From Bilabrum cf. latius (lineage: Eukaryota): a stretch of DNA of 64,000 nucleotides. The stretch is taken from positions 434,001 through 498,000 of the forward strand of contig OZ237769.1 of assembly GCA_965178125.1 (NCBI GenBank). Direction: 5' to 3'. The translations under genes were made by a program, and so were the position numbers. Under the pieces are notes generated by a model, which was not told the origin of the DNA, ran no database searches, and saw only the letters and a list, made by a program, of their open reading frames with translations. The number at the start of each line of letters is the position of its first letter. Position 1 is the stretch's first letter. This document shows positions 23,980-36,408 of the stretch, in pieces.

Positions 23980-26900
23980 ATGAGCTCAAGAGACGCAGGG
24001 CTAGAAGCTTTCGCGAATGACGGGAGTGCAACCCATAACCTCAGCCATCCACACCGGGACTCTAGCAAGCATTAGCAGACCGGGACAGGAGAACATGGAG
24101 GACTCACTGGCCCGTAGCTCCCGCGAGCGACGCAGCCCACTGGAAAGCGCAGCACTGGGCGACCACGTCTCAGCGGTGCAGACTTCGCAGAGATTCGCAG
24201 CCGCCCAAGTCACACGGCAAGCCATGGCAAGTCTGGGCGCACAGATTCTACGGGGAAATCTTTGGACCGGAATCCGATCGGCAGGCCGACGTCACCAGGA
24301 GTTGATATAGCAGAGGCCAGGCGAGCGGTGCGGAGTTCCAACAGCAAGTTGGATGCAATATTAGCAGAGGCCGGTGACGCGGGCGGTGGAATGAGCCGGG
24401 CAGATTTGTTATTTGCAACTGCAACTGGTCGGTCTACCCATCATGGCAGCGGGTCTCATGCCGGACGCAAGCACCGCAAGTTTCGCAAGTCCATGCCTGG
24501 AGAGCTGCAGATTCCTGGCGCCGGCTCTGCTGGGATTCCGAGAGCCAAGCTAGGAAGCAACGGATCAAAGCGTAGTTCGGGAGCCACGGATGATGGCGCG
24601 GTAGATACAAGGGGTGGTGCACGGGGTAGCGAGCGGCGTGCGGGAGACAGCAGTGCATTGCCGCCACTGGCACTCGGTCCAGGTCCAGGCGCCGCGGCCC
24701 GGAGCTCGGCAGGCGCGAACGGCAAGGCCCCAAGGCAGGCAGGTGAGCAGGCAGGTGAACATGGGAGCTACGGGGGCAGTTAGCGGTCCCTCGATGGGCC
24801 GAGTTCAAACACGCTGGAAAACGCGGCGGGACTGGCGAACTTGACTGACCCCGCTGAGGACGACAGCCGAGGGGTGCACGGTGCGAGCAACTCGCCCGAG
24901 CAAGTGCTTCAGGGCGAGCAGAACGAGGAGGGGGGTTCCTTGGGCGACGACGAGGCTGATGCGGATGACAATGGCGACGAGGATGAGGATGAGGAAGAGG
25001 AGCACATTGATCCTGTTGAGTTCAAGGAGAGGATGGAGAGGGCCCGCGCCATGGCCATCATTCGGGGGGCGCAATCCAAGCGATCCATACTGGAGAAGCA
25101 GGTGCTGCAGGAAATGTCCCCGGCCGCGCGGAATAATCCAGGCAGCGGCAACTTTGATTTCTTTGGAGCGGCGGCTGCGGGCAGCCCCGTGGGTGGGAGG
25201 ATAAGGCACAGGAGGGCGAGCTGGAGCCAGCCAGCGCACAGCAGGCCATTCCTGCGGCCGTCCAGAGACAGCTCGCAGGACTCGAGGGAGAGAGAGCGGC
25301 TCTCCTCCCACACGAGCGAGATTCACGGCCTGCAAGCTCCCCCAGTCCCCAAAGAACAATCCAATGCTGGCGGAGAAGCCCCGCCAAAGCCGAGGCGACA
25401 CCGCCGCGCGTCGACTCAGATCACGACGGGCCTGAGACTAGGCGGCACTGACCGCTCTGACCTAGGCCCCGCCCCCAAAGCTGCCAAGCTAGGAGTGAAT
25501 AGGAAGCACAGGTCCCGCAGATAGTCCATGTCTGTCGTTGGCGTGCGCAGGAGGTCTCAGGCAGAGCGCAAGGCCAGGAGGAGGAGCCTGTCCATGTCGC
25601 AGAGGAGGCAGAGGAGAACCTCGAGAAAGCTAGCCACCAGTGCGGCGGTTGACGGAGGGGCGGAGGCGTTCCTGGATCCCAAGAGAGTGGACGCTGACGC
25701 GGAGAAGCACGTGATCGAGGCTGTTAGCATGCAGAGTAGAAGTCTCATCGACAGGCATGCAAAGCAGGAGGGTTCCGGGGAGCAGCCCGGGTGGAATCAG
25801 GCTCTGCTTGGTGCGCTTGCAGAGGCTGAAGACGGCTCTGATTCTGAGGATTGGGCAGAGATCGTGGAACCCAGAGATGGCGTCTATGGCGGCGGGGTGA
25901 ATCTGATGGGAGGCAGGAGCAAGTCGAGGAGGCACAACCATCATCATCATCATCACGGCGACGGTCCTGCAGCGGTCCCTGGAGCGGTCCGTGGAGCGGA
26001 GAGTGACAGCGACCAGTCGATGGGCACGGTGCGACAGCTAGATTCGGACGAGAGCGATGAGGAATTCCACTTGCCGTTCGAGGACGATGAGGACGAGGAG
26101 GATGACGATCTGCCCGAGGACGAGAACGAGGGCTGCGAGGCTTGGGTGCGCCAGTACGTGTGCTCGCCGCTGTGCTTCGGCTGCTGCTGGTGCAGGTCCA
26201 ACGTGTGCTACCAGATCTGCTGCTGCTTTCCGTGCTGCGAGCCGCCCGCCAGACAGGCCGCCGCCAACTCTGGATTGCTCGTGAACTCTATCACCAAGGC
26301 ATTCGCTGACTCGGAGGACGGGCCCTGTTCGTGCTGCCGCAGGTGCACGCAGGGGGACGAGGGCGACGACGATCTGAACGATTAGGGGGGGCTGTACCGA
26401 TAGGACAAGGAGAAGGAAGAGGAAGATAAGGCGGACATGCAGGCCCTCGCTGATGCAGCCCAGGCCCCGCTTGGCTTCAGGCCAGGCGTCACGACGTTCT
26501 TTCCAACGCACCCTGGCGCCTGCATCATCAACCCGAGGAACTCTGCCATGAAGCAGTGGGACCTCGTCATGATGGCGTGCCTGCTGTTCACGGCAGTGTT
26601 CACGCCATTTGAGGTAGCGTTCCTGCAGACCAGCCTCGACCCCCTCTTTGTGATCAACAGGTGAGGTCACGATACGGATCATCCCAGTTTGAGTACCTGC
26701 CGCGCTCGGCTTGCAACCTAATGACCGCAGTCCCCGCGACTGCTTGCGACTCTCATTTTCCATGAATTTTCCCATTGTTGCACCGCTTCGCTGCATCTCG
26801 CAGACTGGTAGATGCCTTGTTCGCATGCGACCTCATGATGCAGTTCTTTTTGGCCTACATGGATTCTGACGGGCAGTGGGTCGTGGAGCACGACCGCATC

Positions 26901-29900
26901 GCGGCCAGATACTCTGTGGGCTGGTTCTGGATCGACCTGATCTCCATCCTCCCGTTCGATACGATTGGCATAGTGCTGAACAATGATGAGATCAGCAGGC
27001 TGGCCATCCTCAGGGGGATCCGTCTGCTTCGGCTCTTCAAGCTCTTTAGGCTGGTGCGGGCCAGTCGGATCTTCAGCCGGTGGCAGGCCCACATGTCCTT
27101 CAGTTACTCGTGGGCAAAGCTGATGTACTTTGGAGTGGCGCTGGTGTTCGCAAGCCATTGGATGGCGTGTCTCTTCCGGCTTGTGGTTGATCTCGAGCAG
27201 TTCACCGATGAGTTCGGGCAGCCGACCAACTGGATCATCAACTACGACTTCCAGAGGCTCGTCACACCGGGCCAGCTGTACGTGACTGCGCTCTACTGGA
27301 GCATTGCCTCCTTGACCACGATTGGGTACGGTGATGTAGTGGCAAGCACGCCGGGCGAACGGCTGTGCGCCGTCATCGTGATGGTAATCGGAGCAAGCAT
27401 GTATGCGTACACAGTCGGTGTGGCCTCTTCGATCGTGTCCAACCTAGACGAGGCCACCAACCACTGGCAGCAGCAGATGGACGCCCTGAATCTCTACGGC
27501 AGCGACATGAAGCTCCCGCAGACACTCATGATCAAGCTGCGGAGATATTTCCAATACTCGAGACAGCTGCTGCGGCTGCGGCACTACCAGTCGCTGCTGC
27601 AGGCCATGTCTCCCAGTCTGCGGCGGGAAGTGGCCGTGCACACCAACAGGGTGTGGGTGCTCCGGGTGCCTTTTTTCTCGTGCAATGACGAGACTGAGAC
27701 GGAGGAGTTCATCACTGAGATCGCCCTGGCGCTAGAGCTGGAGGCATACGCTCCCGGGGAGCACATCATCCAGGTGGGCGAGAGCACAGAGAGGATGTTC
27801 ATCCTTCAAAAAGGGGTCGTCTCTCGACTTGGCAGGATCCTGTTCTCAGGCGCGTCGCTGGGGGAGGACATGATACTGCACGATGCAAAGCGGACCTACG
27901 CCGTCACCGCGCTGACCTACTGCAACTTGAGCTCGATCACCAAACGGGCCGTGGAGGGCATACTGGCGCAGGGAAGGTTCCCCAGGATGACACGCACCAT
28001 TCGGAGGCAGGCCATCCGCATGAGCCTGCTTCGCGAGTTCATGCACTACGCGAAGCTCCTCAAGATCGCAAAGCAGGTCGACCCCACGTACAGCATACGC
28101 AGCCTCGCGTACCTTCGGCTGCTGGATGCCGCAATTGGCGTGAGGTATGCAAGGATCCGTAAGATCATGCAGCGAGACCCCAACTACAAGCCACCGAACC
28201 GCGTGCCCACGTTCATGAACCTCGTGGGCAAGGCCTTCGAGGCTCACAAGAGCACCCGGTCCGTGGGGCCCGGCAGGAGAGACTCGATCGGCAGCGCGAA
28301 TGGCCAGACCCAGGAGTTCATGAAGATGCTCGCTGCATCGGATGGGTACGGGGATCACCCGGGTGATGACTCGCAGCAGCACTTGATTCCTGTGTCTCAA
28401 AGCATGGACAACAATAGCAGCGCATCTGGTAGGCAGCCACAGTCCGCTGGGCATACTGCTCAAGCAGGCACTGAGTCAAAGCAGCAGCACAGGCCACAGC
28501 CGCAGCCCAGTGCCCGCGTGTCGCCTATGCGACAGTTGAACCAGCCAGCCGACGACCAGTCGCCCCTCCTCGAGAGACATGGCAGCACGGACAGCACCAC
28601 GGCAGGCCGGCGGGCACCCCCCAAGCCCGCTCCACGGCCCCCTCCCCCTCGGCAGAGCGTCATCGCATCGGACGAGGGGGAGTCCAAGCCCAAGTCCATC
28701 CTGAGGACGGGTACACGGAGGAGCGTGGCGGGGCAGGGGCAGGGACAGGGACAAGGGCCCCGCCCGCCTCCACCTCCTGCTGCCATCAAACGGGCCCGCA
28801 GCTCCAAGGACTCATCAGGCACAGGCATTGGCACAGGCGTGGCTACTGGAAGTGGCCCTGCAGCAGAGGGCAAGGCGCAGGCCGCAAGGAATGTGTATGC
28901 TCCTCCACAGAGAGACAAATCGGTCAAATTCACGGCTGGGCGCGGCGACGATGACGGAGATGAGGAGGACGGGGGCGGCCCTCGCCCGCCCAAGCTGCAG
29001 AGGCCCAGACGAGGCAGCCGCAAGGCCAGCAATGGGTCCATGCTAGCCTCCATGCGCGGCTTCTACCGCTCCCAACGCAAGATCATGCTGCGGCATGGAG
29101 TGTCTGAAAAGGAGACGGCGGAGTTCATTTAGAAGCAACAGGAGGATGAGGAGAAGAGACGCTTTCTGAGCGTGATGCTGGGCGCAACGACCTACGAAAA
29201 ATCGGACGTGCTGTCCGAGGCCGCCCTGATCCTACCGGAGCAAGCAAAGCTGAAGCTCGCGAGGATTCTGGCTGCACTCGGCATCCGGCTGGGAATGCGG
29301 CTCGGTGGCATGTGCGGGGAACAGCAGGAGGATCTCCTGGCTGGGGACCCGCAGCTGAGGCACGACTGGCTCGTGATGGTGCACGCCCAGGAGCATGAAT
29401 AGCAGGCCGAAGACGAAGCCACCATGCGCAGGTTGCTCCTCACAGGGGGTGCGAATTCGCCCAGCCCCGTTGGCGCGGATGGGCCCGGTCCTGGGTTTGC
29501 CCCCGGTGCTGGAGGCAGGCCGCAAGCAGGCTACCATCCCACTGGCATATTCGATGTGAACGGCTCTGCTGATACCGAGCAAAAGCATCATGGCGGGGAT
29601 TCCACAGGATACGGCAAAGGTGGGTTCGTTGGCATGCAGATGCACGGGCAGGGCACTAGTGGCGGGCCTAGCCAGGGAGCACCAGCCCTCATGCATGCTG
29701 CCAGGGGGCCAACGGAGCTGGCCGGCGAGGGTGCGTATGGTCCTCGGTCTGATCCGCTGGACAATGGGAATGGGAAGGAGGCAGCGGGCAGCAGTCTTCT
29801 AGAGGAGTGGAAGCACGGGCAGCTGGGGCGCCGCCCCAAGGGTGGAGGTGGCACCGGTCAAAGTGGCGGGAACAGTGGGCAAATTCGAGCAACCGGTGAG

Positions 29901-32162
29901 TCGAAGCGCGAGACCGCGCAGCTGCTGGGCCCGAAGCGCGCCATCCGACTAGGCAAGAGCAACCGGCAGCTCTTGCTGCAGGGTATGGATGGAAGCACCA
30001 GCGACTCGGGCGTGGAAGCTGGGAGCAGCAAGCAAAGTGACGACGGAAGGCGCACGCCGGTAGGATCTGCTGCCCAGACGCAGATCGTATCTGGCAGTAT
30101 AGCCACTTCGGGAGTGCACACGTCGCAGTCGGCGCACCTGACTCCGCTCATGGCGGGCCGCAGCCGTGCCGGCTCATTCGCTGGGCGCGCTCAGGTGCCT
30201 CTCTCCCTGGAGTCGCCTGCAGCAGCAGCAAGGCGGGGCGCAAACGAGCAATTCGGTCACATGGCAGGCAGGGCAGGCGGTGCAGCTGCCATATCGACCC
30301 GTAATCTTGGGTTGGATCTGCCCAGCAGTCCCTTAGAGCCCGATAAGCAGGGTCGCCAGCTGGGGCCGGGCAGCCCCAGCAAGCAGGTGAGCGCTGGCAG
30401 CAGTGGGCCGGGTACGCCCTCCGGGGGCACACCTGCCGGCCGCTCCCTTGTGCCGCCTGGTGCAGACAGGAGCCTGAAAAAGAAGGCCCCATTGTCTATG
30501 TCGCACCTCAAGCTGGCCCTTGATTCGGTGAGTCAGGAGGTCACTGAGTCCTCCCACCACAGCCAGCAAACGCACAAGGGTGCATTCACCCAGAGAGGTG
30601 AGGTCAGCAGGGCGATGCAAGAGTCTCTGGGCAGCGAGGTGGACAACAACGACGGTGCCACGAAGGCCCACCAGGCCAGGCGCAAGCGGTTGGGCCGCCG
30701 CTCCATGTCTGCTGAGGACAAGAGCATGAAACTGGCCAAGGCAGCCATCGAGGCGACCAGAGAGGAGCAAGCTGCTGCTGGCCTCGCGCCCACCTTCGGG
30801 GTACCGATGGGCCAGCGCACGCTCGCTGGGCTGCTGGCCGTGCCCCCCTCCCGCCGGGTTGTGGGCTCGCAGCCGCTCCCTGGGCAGCTGGGCTCACCCC
30901 TGCTCGGTAGCAGCAGCAACCAGCAGGCGATCGGCGTCGAGGACGACAACTCCACGGGATCAGGCCGTGCAGGCCTGCACCGCGGGGCGTCCTGGCTGCA
31001 ACCGCCGCAGCAGACCTCGCTGGCCGAGGCATCGCGGGCCGCCGTGCGCGGTGGCAGGCTGGGCAAGAGGGTGGTGCTGCGGCCCTCGCTCCGCACAGCG
31101 ATGGGCGGGGCAAACGCGCGCACATCGCTGGCCAATAGCGTGACGGGGATGGGCGGGACATACCCGGGACCCATGGCCAGCGGATCAGGCACGGGTGCCA
31201 GCCCTGCCTCAGCCAGGGTCGGGCCAGAATTCACGACTCTCCTGTAGCAGCAGCAGGCGCAGACTGGCAGGCAGTAGGCCCAGATGATGGACTTGCTGCA
31301 AGCGCTCAGCCACCAGGTCGGCAGTCTATCACACCAGGTGCACAAGCTCTCCTCGCGCAACGAGCAGCTTGAATCCAGGCTCGTCAGGCACGGCTCGCTG
31401 TCGGTGTCCACTGTGTCCAAGGCAGGGACGGGTCGCAACGGAGTAGGGAACAAGGGCAACTTGTCTGGCAGGTCATCTGCCTCGCGAGTGCCAACTGGGC
31501 CTGCGATGGCAAGCATGGAGGAGCCGAGGTACACCTCGATGGATGCGCCGGGGCCTGGGGCTGGTCATGGGGAGGCAATGGGCGGGGTCCTAGTGCCGGT
31601 GGGTGCAGCGAGCAACAGCCAGTCTCGATCTGGCGGCGGTGCGGTAGCAGCCGCCGCCGTCGGTGGGGCGGGAGCCAGGAACCGAGAAGGCAGCAACCCG
31701 TACGATCTAGACTACGTGCGGCAGGAAATGCAGACTCGCACGGAGCGCAAATAGCAGGCAGGTATGGGCATGTCGCGGAAGTGGCAGGACAGCGAGGAAC
31801 TGCTTACAGCAGATGACGCCAGGGACAAGTCAATCGCCACCATTGCAAAGGAGAGGCAGATTCGACGGGCAGCCTCCCGGCGGAGATCATCGGCACAGCA
31901 GCAGGCTGCGCATGCCAGGGGGGCATCGTCGTCCTCAAAATCATCGGAGGATGGAGTGGTCACGGTGCTGGACGATGATCTAATGGCGCAAACTGCGCTC
32001 GGTGGCTTTGGCGGGCGGATCGCCTGGGCGATGAGCTGTGTACTGATCCTGATGTTGGTGGTGCTCGTGCTGTAGCTCATCTCGCTGGCGGGCATGGCCG
32101 GCGGGTACTTCGAACACGAATGCCCGCCCGAGGCCGAGGCTGCAGGAGGTGGGCAGACGTAA
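23980..32162 (+). CDS. Cyclic-nucleotide-binding-domain (EAG/KCNH/HCN-like) voltage-gated K+ channel, about 2680 aa; exons 23980-26660, 26804-32162
   Basis: IINPRN...WDL (S1), WFWIDLISILPFD, S4 RGIRLLRLFKLFRLVR, pore TTIGYGD, C-linker and CNBD. Long low-complexity N- and C-termini. About 12 in-frame TAG. Ends TAA. Confidence 0.85.
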
Positions 32163-32537
32163 TGTCTTTCATTTCTTTCAGCAAGTTTGCTGAGGCGGAT
32201 GTATCCAATTCGGGTATCCTGGATCTGGCTGACATCCGAGAGGATCGATTCGTGACTTACATGAAAGCTTCTCTTACAACCTTACAGACTTAAGTTAAAC
32301 ACTCCAAAAATCCATAAATGGCATCCAAACCATCCGGGATGGGATAGATCTAGAGCACAGAGCCACGCCGTATGCCTAAATCCACCGATGGATTTGTCCA
32401 CTAGCGGAGACACACAACGAATTCTCCATGACTTACCGCATCCGGATCTTCCTTCCAGGGGGGTAACAGTGGGTGGTCTCGTTGAAGCAAAGCAAAGTGT
32501 CTCCAAGTTTGTTGGATTCCGGATCAGATCCGCAAGC

Positions 32538-35500
32538 TCACGCGCCTACGGCGTACACGACCGGTCTATCCCCGAGGCCAGCTGTGAAGTTGTTCCCAGC
32601 TTTATCGACCAACAACACCGCGGACCACGAGAAATCTACCTCCTTGCCGCGCGCGTACCTCCACAGATTTGCAAGGGTCACGTTCTCGGATCGTTCCACT
32701 CTGTACAGCGAGGGAGTGTACTGGCTAAACCCTGCAGGGTACGTCTGATTGACTCCAAGTGGCAGCAGATTGCCTCCATGACCAGTCAGGATGACGTTGG
32801 CAGAGTCCCGGATCCATAGGGGCGGGAAGTGCCCTTCTGACTTGATGCCGTACACCTGCACGCCCTGCGAGTCAGCAATCTCCGAGTCGGCCTCTGACAC
32901 GGCGTGCTCGGGATTCAAGTGGTAGTGATGGGTCGGGGGCCCGCAATCGCTGGCGGAGAACTTGGAAGGCGGGCAGCTGGACACCGTGAGCAGGTGCCTG
33001 TACGCTGGGGCTTGCGCAATCACGGGCTGGTTGGCTTGGTCGTTCATCGGATCCTCGTTATAGTAGTTCACCATCTGCGCTGCTCCGCCCACAACGGCAG
33101 CTAGAGGCACCTGCAATGAAACCTGGGGCTCGCAGGGCGGCGGCGTCTCAGCGTAGGCAGCTGTAACGGACACGCTGGATCCGTGCGTGTGGACACCAGC
33201 CAGTGGTGACCCCGAGTTGACCCCGCATGCGACCTTCCTGTTTGTATGGACCTGGTAATAGTACGCCGGTCTAGGGGAGCGCCACTCGAACGCCGATGTG
33301 TTGGACTGGTGACCCCACACCGTGATGGACATCCGGGCCAGACACGACACCGCATCGCCCCCGGGAGGGTTCGCCCTCGACTCGGCCTGTTCCCTGGTCC
33401 GTTCAGATCCCATCAGCAGCACGGGAGCTCCAAGCAGGCGGCTTCGCCCCGTGGAGTCCACGTGCACGGATGCATTCGCAAGGTCCGTGGAGGGGTCCGG
33501 CACGAGGCTGGTCAGGTGCAGCCCGACACCCACCACGCACACACCCGACTGGATCTTGAGGGTCTGGCTCAGGCGATACACACCTCGGGGAATGAGAAGG
33601 AGGCCCTGCCGCCCTTGGCCGGGCCCCTGCTTGGCCGCCAGATCGGCGGCTGCCTGCAGTGCCGGGTAGTCGTCAGTGACGTAGTCCCCCATTGCTCCCA
33701 TCGTGTCCGCCCTCACCGCTCCGTCGGTCGGCGTGCGCCAGTCAGGCAGCAGGGCTGGATCCTGGCCCTCGAATAGGTGCCTGGACTGCAGATCCGCCGG
33801 TGGATTCAGCACCAAGTTCTGCTTCTTGTTGTACAAAGGCAGGCTCTGGTTGACGCCGTCTAAATAGACTGCCGCATGCAGGCTCCTGTTGGTCGTAGGG
33901 GGCAGAGGAGGGGGCTGCACGCCGTACCCCAACGCAGGAACACGCATAAATGACCCCAGCGAGGCGCCCTGCGCCTTGTACTCGAATCCATCGGGAAATC
34001 CAGCGATCACGCCCCTGCCTCTGACGTACAGGTTATTGGCATACAGCGCAGTGCCTGCTCGAATGGCGGCTTGGTCCCCTTGCGGAGACGCAGCCTGCCC
34101 CACGTCGATCACAGAGTCGATCAAAGAGAGCTGGGAGGAAATAGCTGGGCTGGTGCACGGCTGCACGTTGTGCATCTGCGGCAGCTCACAGCCAGGCACC
34201 AGCGGCAGGGGACACCCCGCGACGATGGGTGCCTAAAGCGAGGCATTCTGCATCGTGATGTTGAGGCCAACCGCAGTGAGGGTCTGCAGCCCGGCGTACG
34301 CAAGCCCAGAGCACTTGGCGTTGACCGAGGTAAACCCAGTGGCGACTGGCGCGGGCTGCGCTGCGGTGAAATCGATGCCGTATCTGCCCCCCGTCACATG
34401 CACACCGATGTGCGAGCCCCCGCTGCCAGACGCGCCCGAGAATCCAGCCAGGCCGTCGCCTGCCTCGACCCTGACGTTCTGCATGGACACACCCTGCGCC
34501 CCCCTGGCGTAGATGCCCACGGCCCCGAAATTGCCCTTGCCGATAACAACCCGCACGTCCTGCACGACCTGGTTGGCGTTCGCGTTGGGCTGCAAATTGC
34601 CTTGCGCGTTAATCATCACGCTGTGGATGAGTGCCCGGGGGACGCTCGCATTGATGAATCCCGCCTGTGATGCCGGCAGTGCGATGACGGGCATGTCACC
34701 CGCTGGCGAGGGCACTCCCCTGATGACCACTGGGTTCAGCCTGGCGCCCTGCCAGTAGTTCTTGTCCTTTGTCAGAGGATCCACGGCGCTCAGCTTCTCC
34801 GTCTAGTTCATCCAGAGCGTGTCGTTGATCACGTATAGACCGTAGGGCAGCCTGATCTCGCTGGCATGTGACCTGGCCCAATCCATGGCCCGCTGCAGCT
34901 GCACGGTGCTAGGGGCCAGCCCTGCCAGCACCCTGGCACGAGCGTCTTCATCGTCTCCTGCTGCGTCCAGTACGGAAGGGGGGTGCGCGATGGCACCAAA
35001 GGGCTGCTTGGTCGGATCCAAGAACCCGAGGCCGTCCGTCGCGGCGGCCTATCCTTTGCCCAGCGGCGGCGCGTTCAGCACTGTCTCACTCAGGTTGGGC
35101 ACGGGCAGCAGCACGGCAGGCAGCCGCCCACCTGGGTGCCTGTACAGCGTGCTCTCGGCGACGATCTCTCCAAACGCAATGAATGTACGATAGAGGGCCG
35201 TGAGGCGGCCATGGTTGAAATGAGTCGCTGCCTTTTTCGTCCCCGAGGCGCCACCTCCTGGCAGGCTGGGAGGCGAGCCAGCTGAGAGGGTCAGAGCCGA
35301 GCCGACGGACAGCTTCTGGCCAGGTGCTGCCCTCGCTGCCCGCGCCCAGTCGCGCCAGTCGATCCCCGTATCCTTCAGCTGGGCAATCACGGGCAGCGGC
35401 GCAGGGTAGTCCGATGGATTTTGTGCCCCTGCTCCAGCTCGAGGCGCGCTGACGAGAGCAGAGTCCAGGGAGCACCGCGCTCCGATGCTCGCCGAGCGCG

Positions 35501-36209
35501 CTAGCACGAGCAGCTCCAGCTGCATACCGTGGAATCCCTTTCCGATAGAGCTGGCCGTGCATGTTTCAGGCAGCAATCCGGTCGCGACGCGCCCTGGGGC
35601 TGCGACAGAGACGCGGTTTGTCAGCGTTTCGATGGATACGACAAGACCCTGGCTTCGGGGCAGAAATGAAGGCGCCAGCGATATGTTGAGTACTACTGGG
35701 CCATTGGAATACACACTGGAGATAGTTACATTGACAGGCTGCGAGAAAAAGTCTATCTCGGTGAGATTGGCGTTGTATGTAGCTGCGTCTCCGGGGGGAT
35801 GCAGATTCATACATCCTCCGCCGATAGCAGCGTTTCCTGTCGCTTGCCACGCTTGGTACTGTTCATTTGAGTCCAAATATCCAGACGATGCTGTCTAGGT
35901 GTGGCGGAACGTGTCATGCAGGAAGGTACGCTTCGGCGACCGGCCATCCTCCTGCCAATCCCAAGCTTGCACCACGGTAACAGCGCCTCCAGCTGAGCCA
36001 GACGAAGCAAACACATAGGAACCCTACATATCCGGTACGAGAGGATCAAAGCTAGACACGTGCGACCCAGCTGGTTTAAAGAGAAGCACCTTGCCGGTGA
36101 GATCCAAGCTGGATGGGCTCCCAACTACAACCACCTCGTCAGCGTCGCTTGTTAAGGACCCCAGCGCCAGCACGGAAGAATGAGCTAGCAAGAGAATTAT
36201 AAGCTCCAT
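32538..36209 (-). CDS. Secreted pectate-lyase-superfamily / GH55-like double beta-helix glycoside hydrolase
   Basis: Signal peptide MELIILLLAHSSVLALG. Two beta-helix N-caps: LQRAMD...LPYGLYVINDTL and GAMGDYVTDDYPALQAAAD...IPRGVYRLSQTL. YGIKSEG motif. Five TAG join the ORFs in one frame. Ends TGA. Confidence 0.72.
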
Positions 36210-36408
36210 GTTGAACGGCGGGAGCAGCAGAGCGAAGGTATGTTATGAAAATCTGCAAGACATTGATCCGGAGCGATCTGTAGTTCCGAATGGATGGCTC
36301 CCACTATCATCAGTTCAACTGTGAAAGGTATCACGCATCAACACTCAAACAATCAGGCAATGCCCTCGCTGGCACTACGTTCTCGCGGGGGCGGGCGGAT
36401 GCGGGAGC

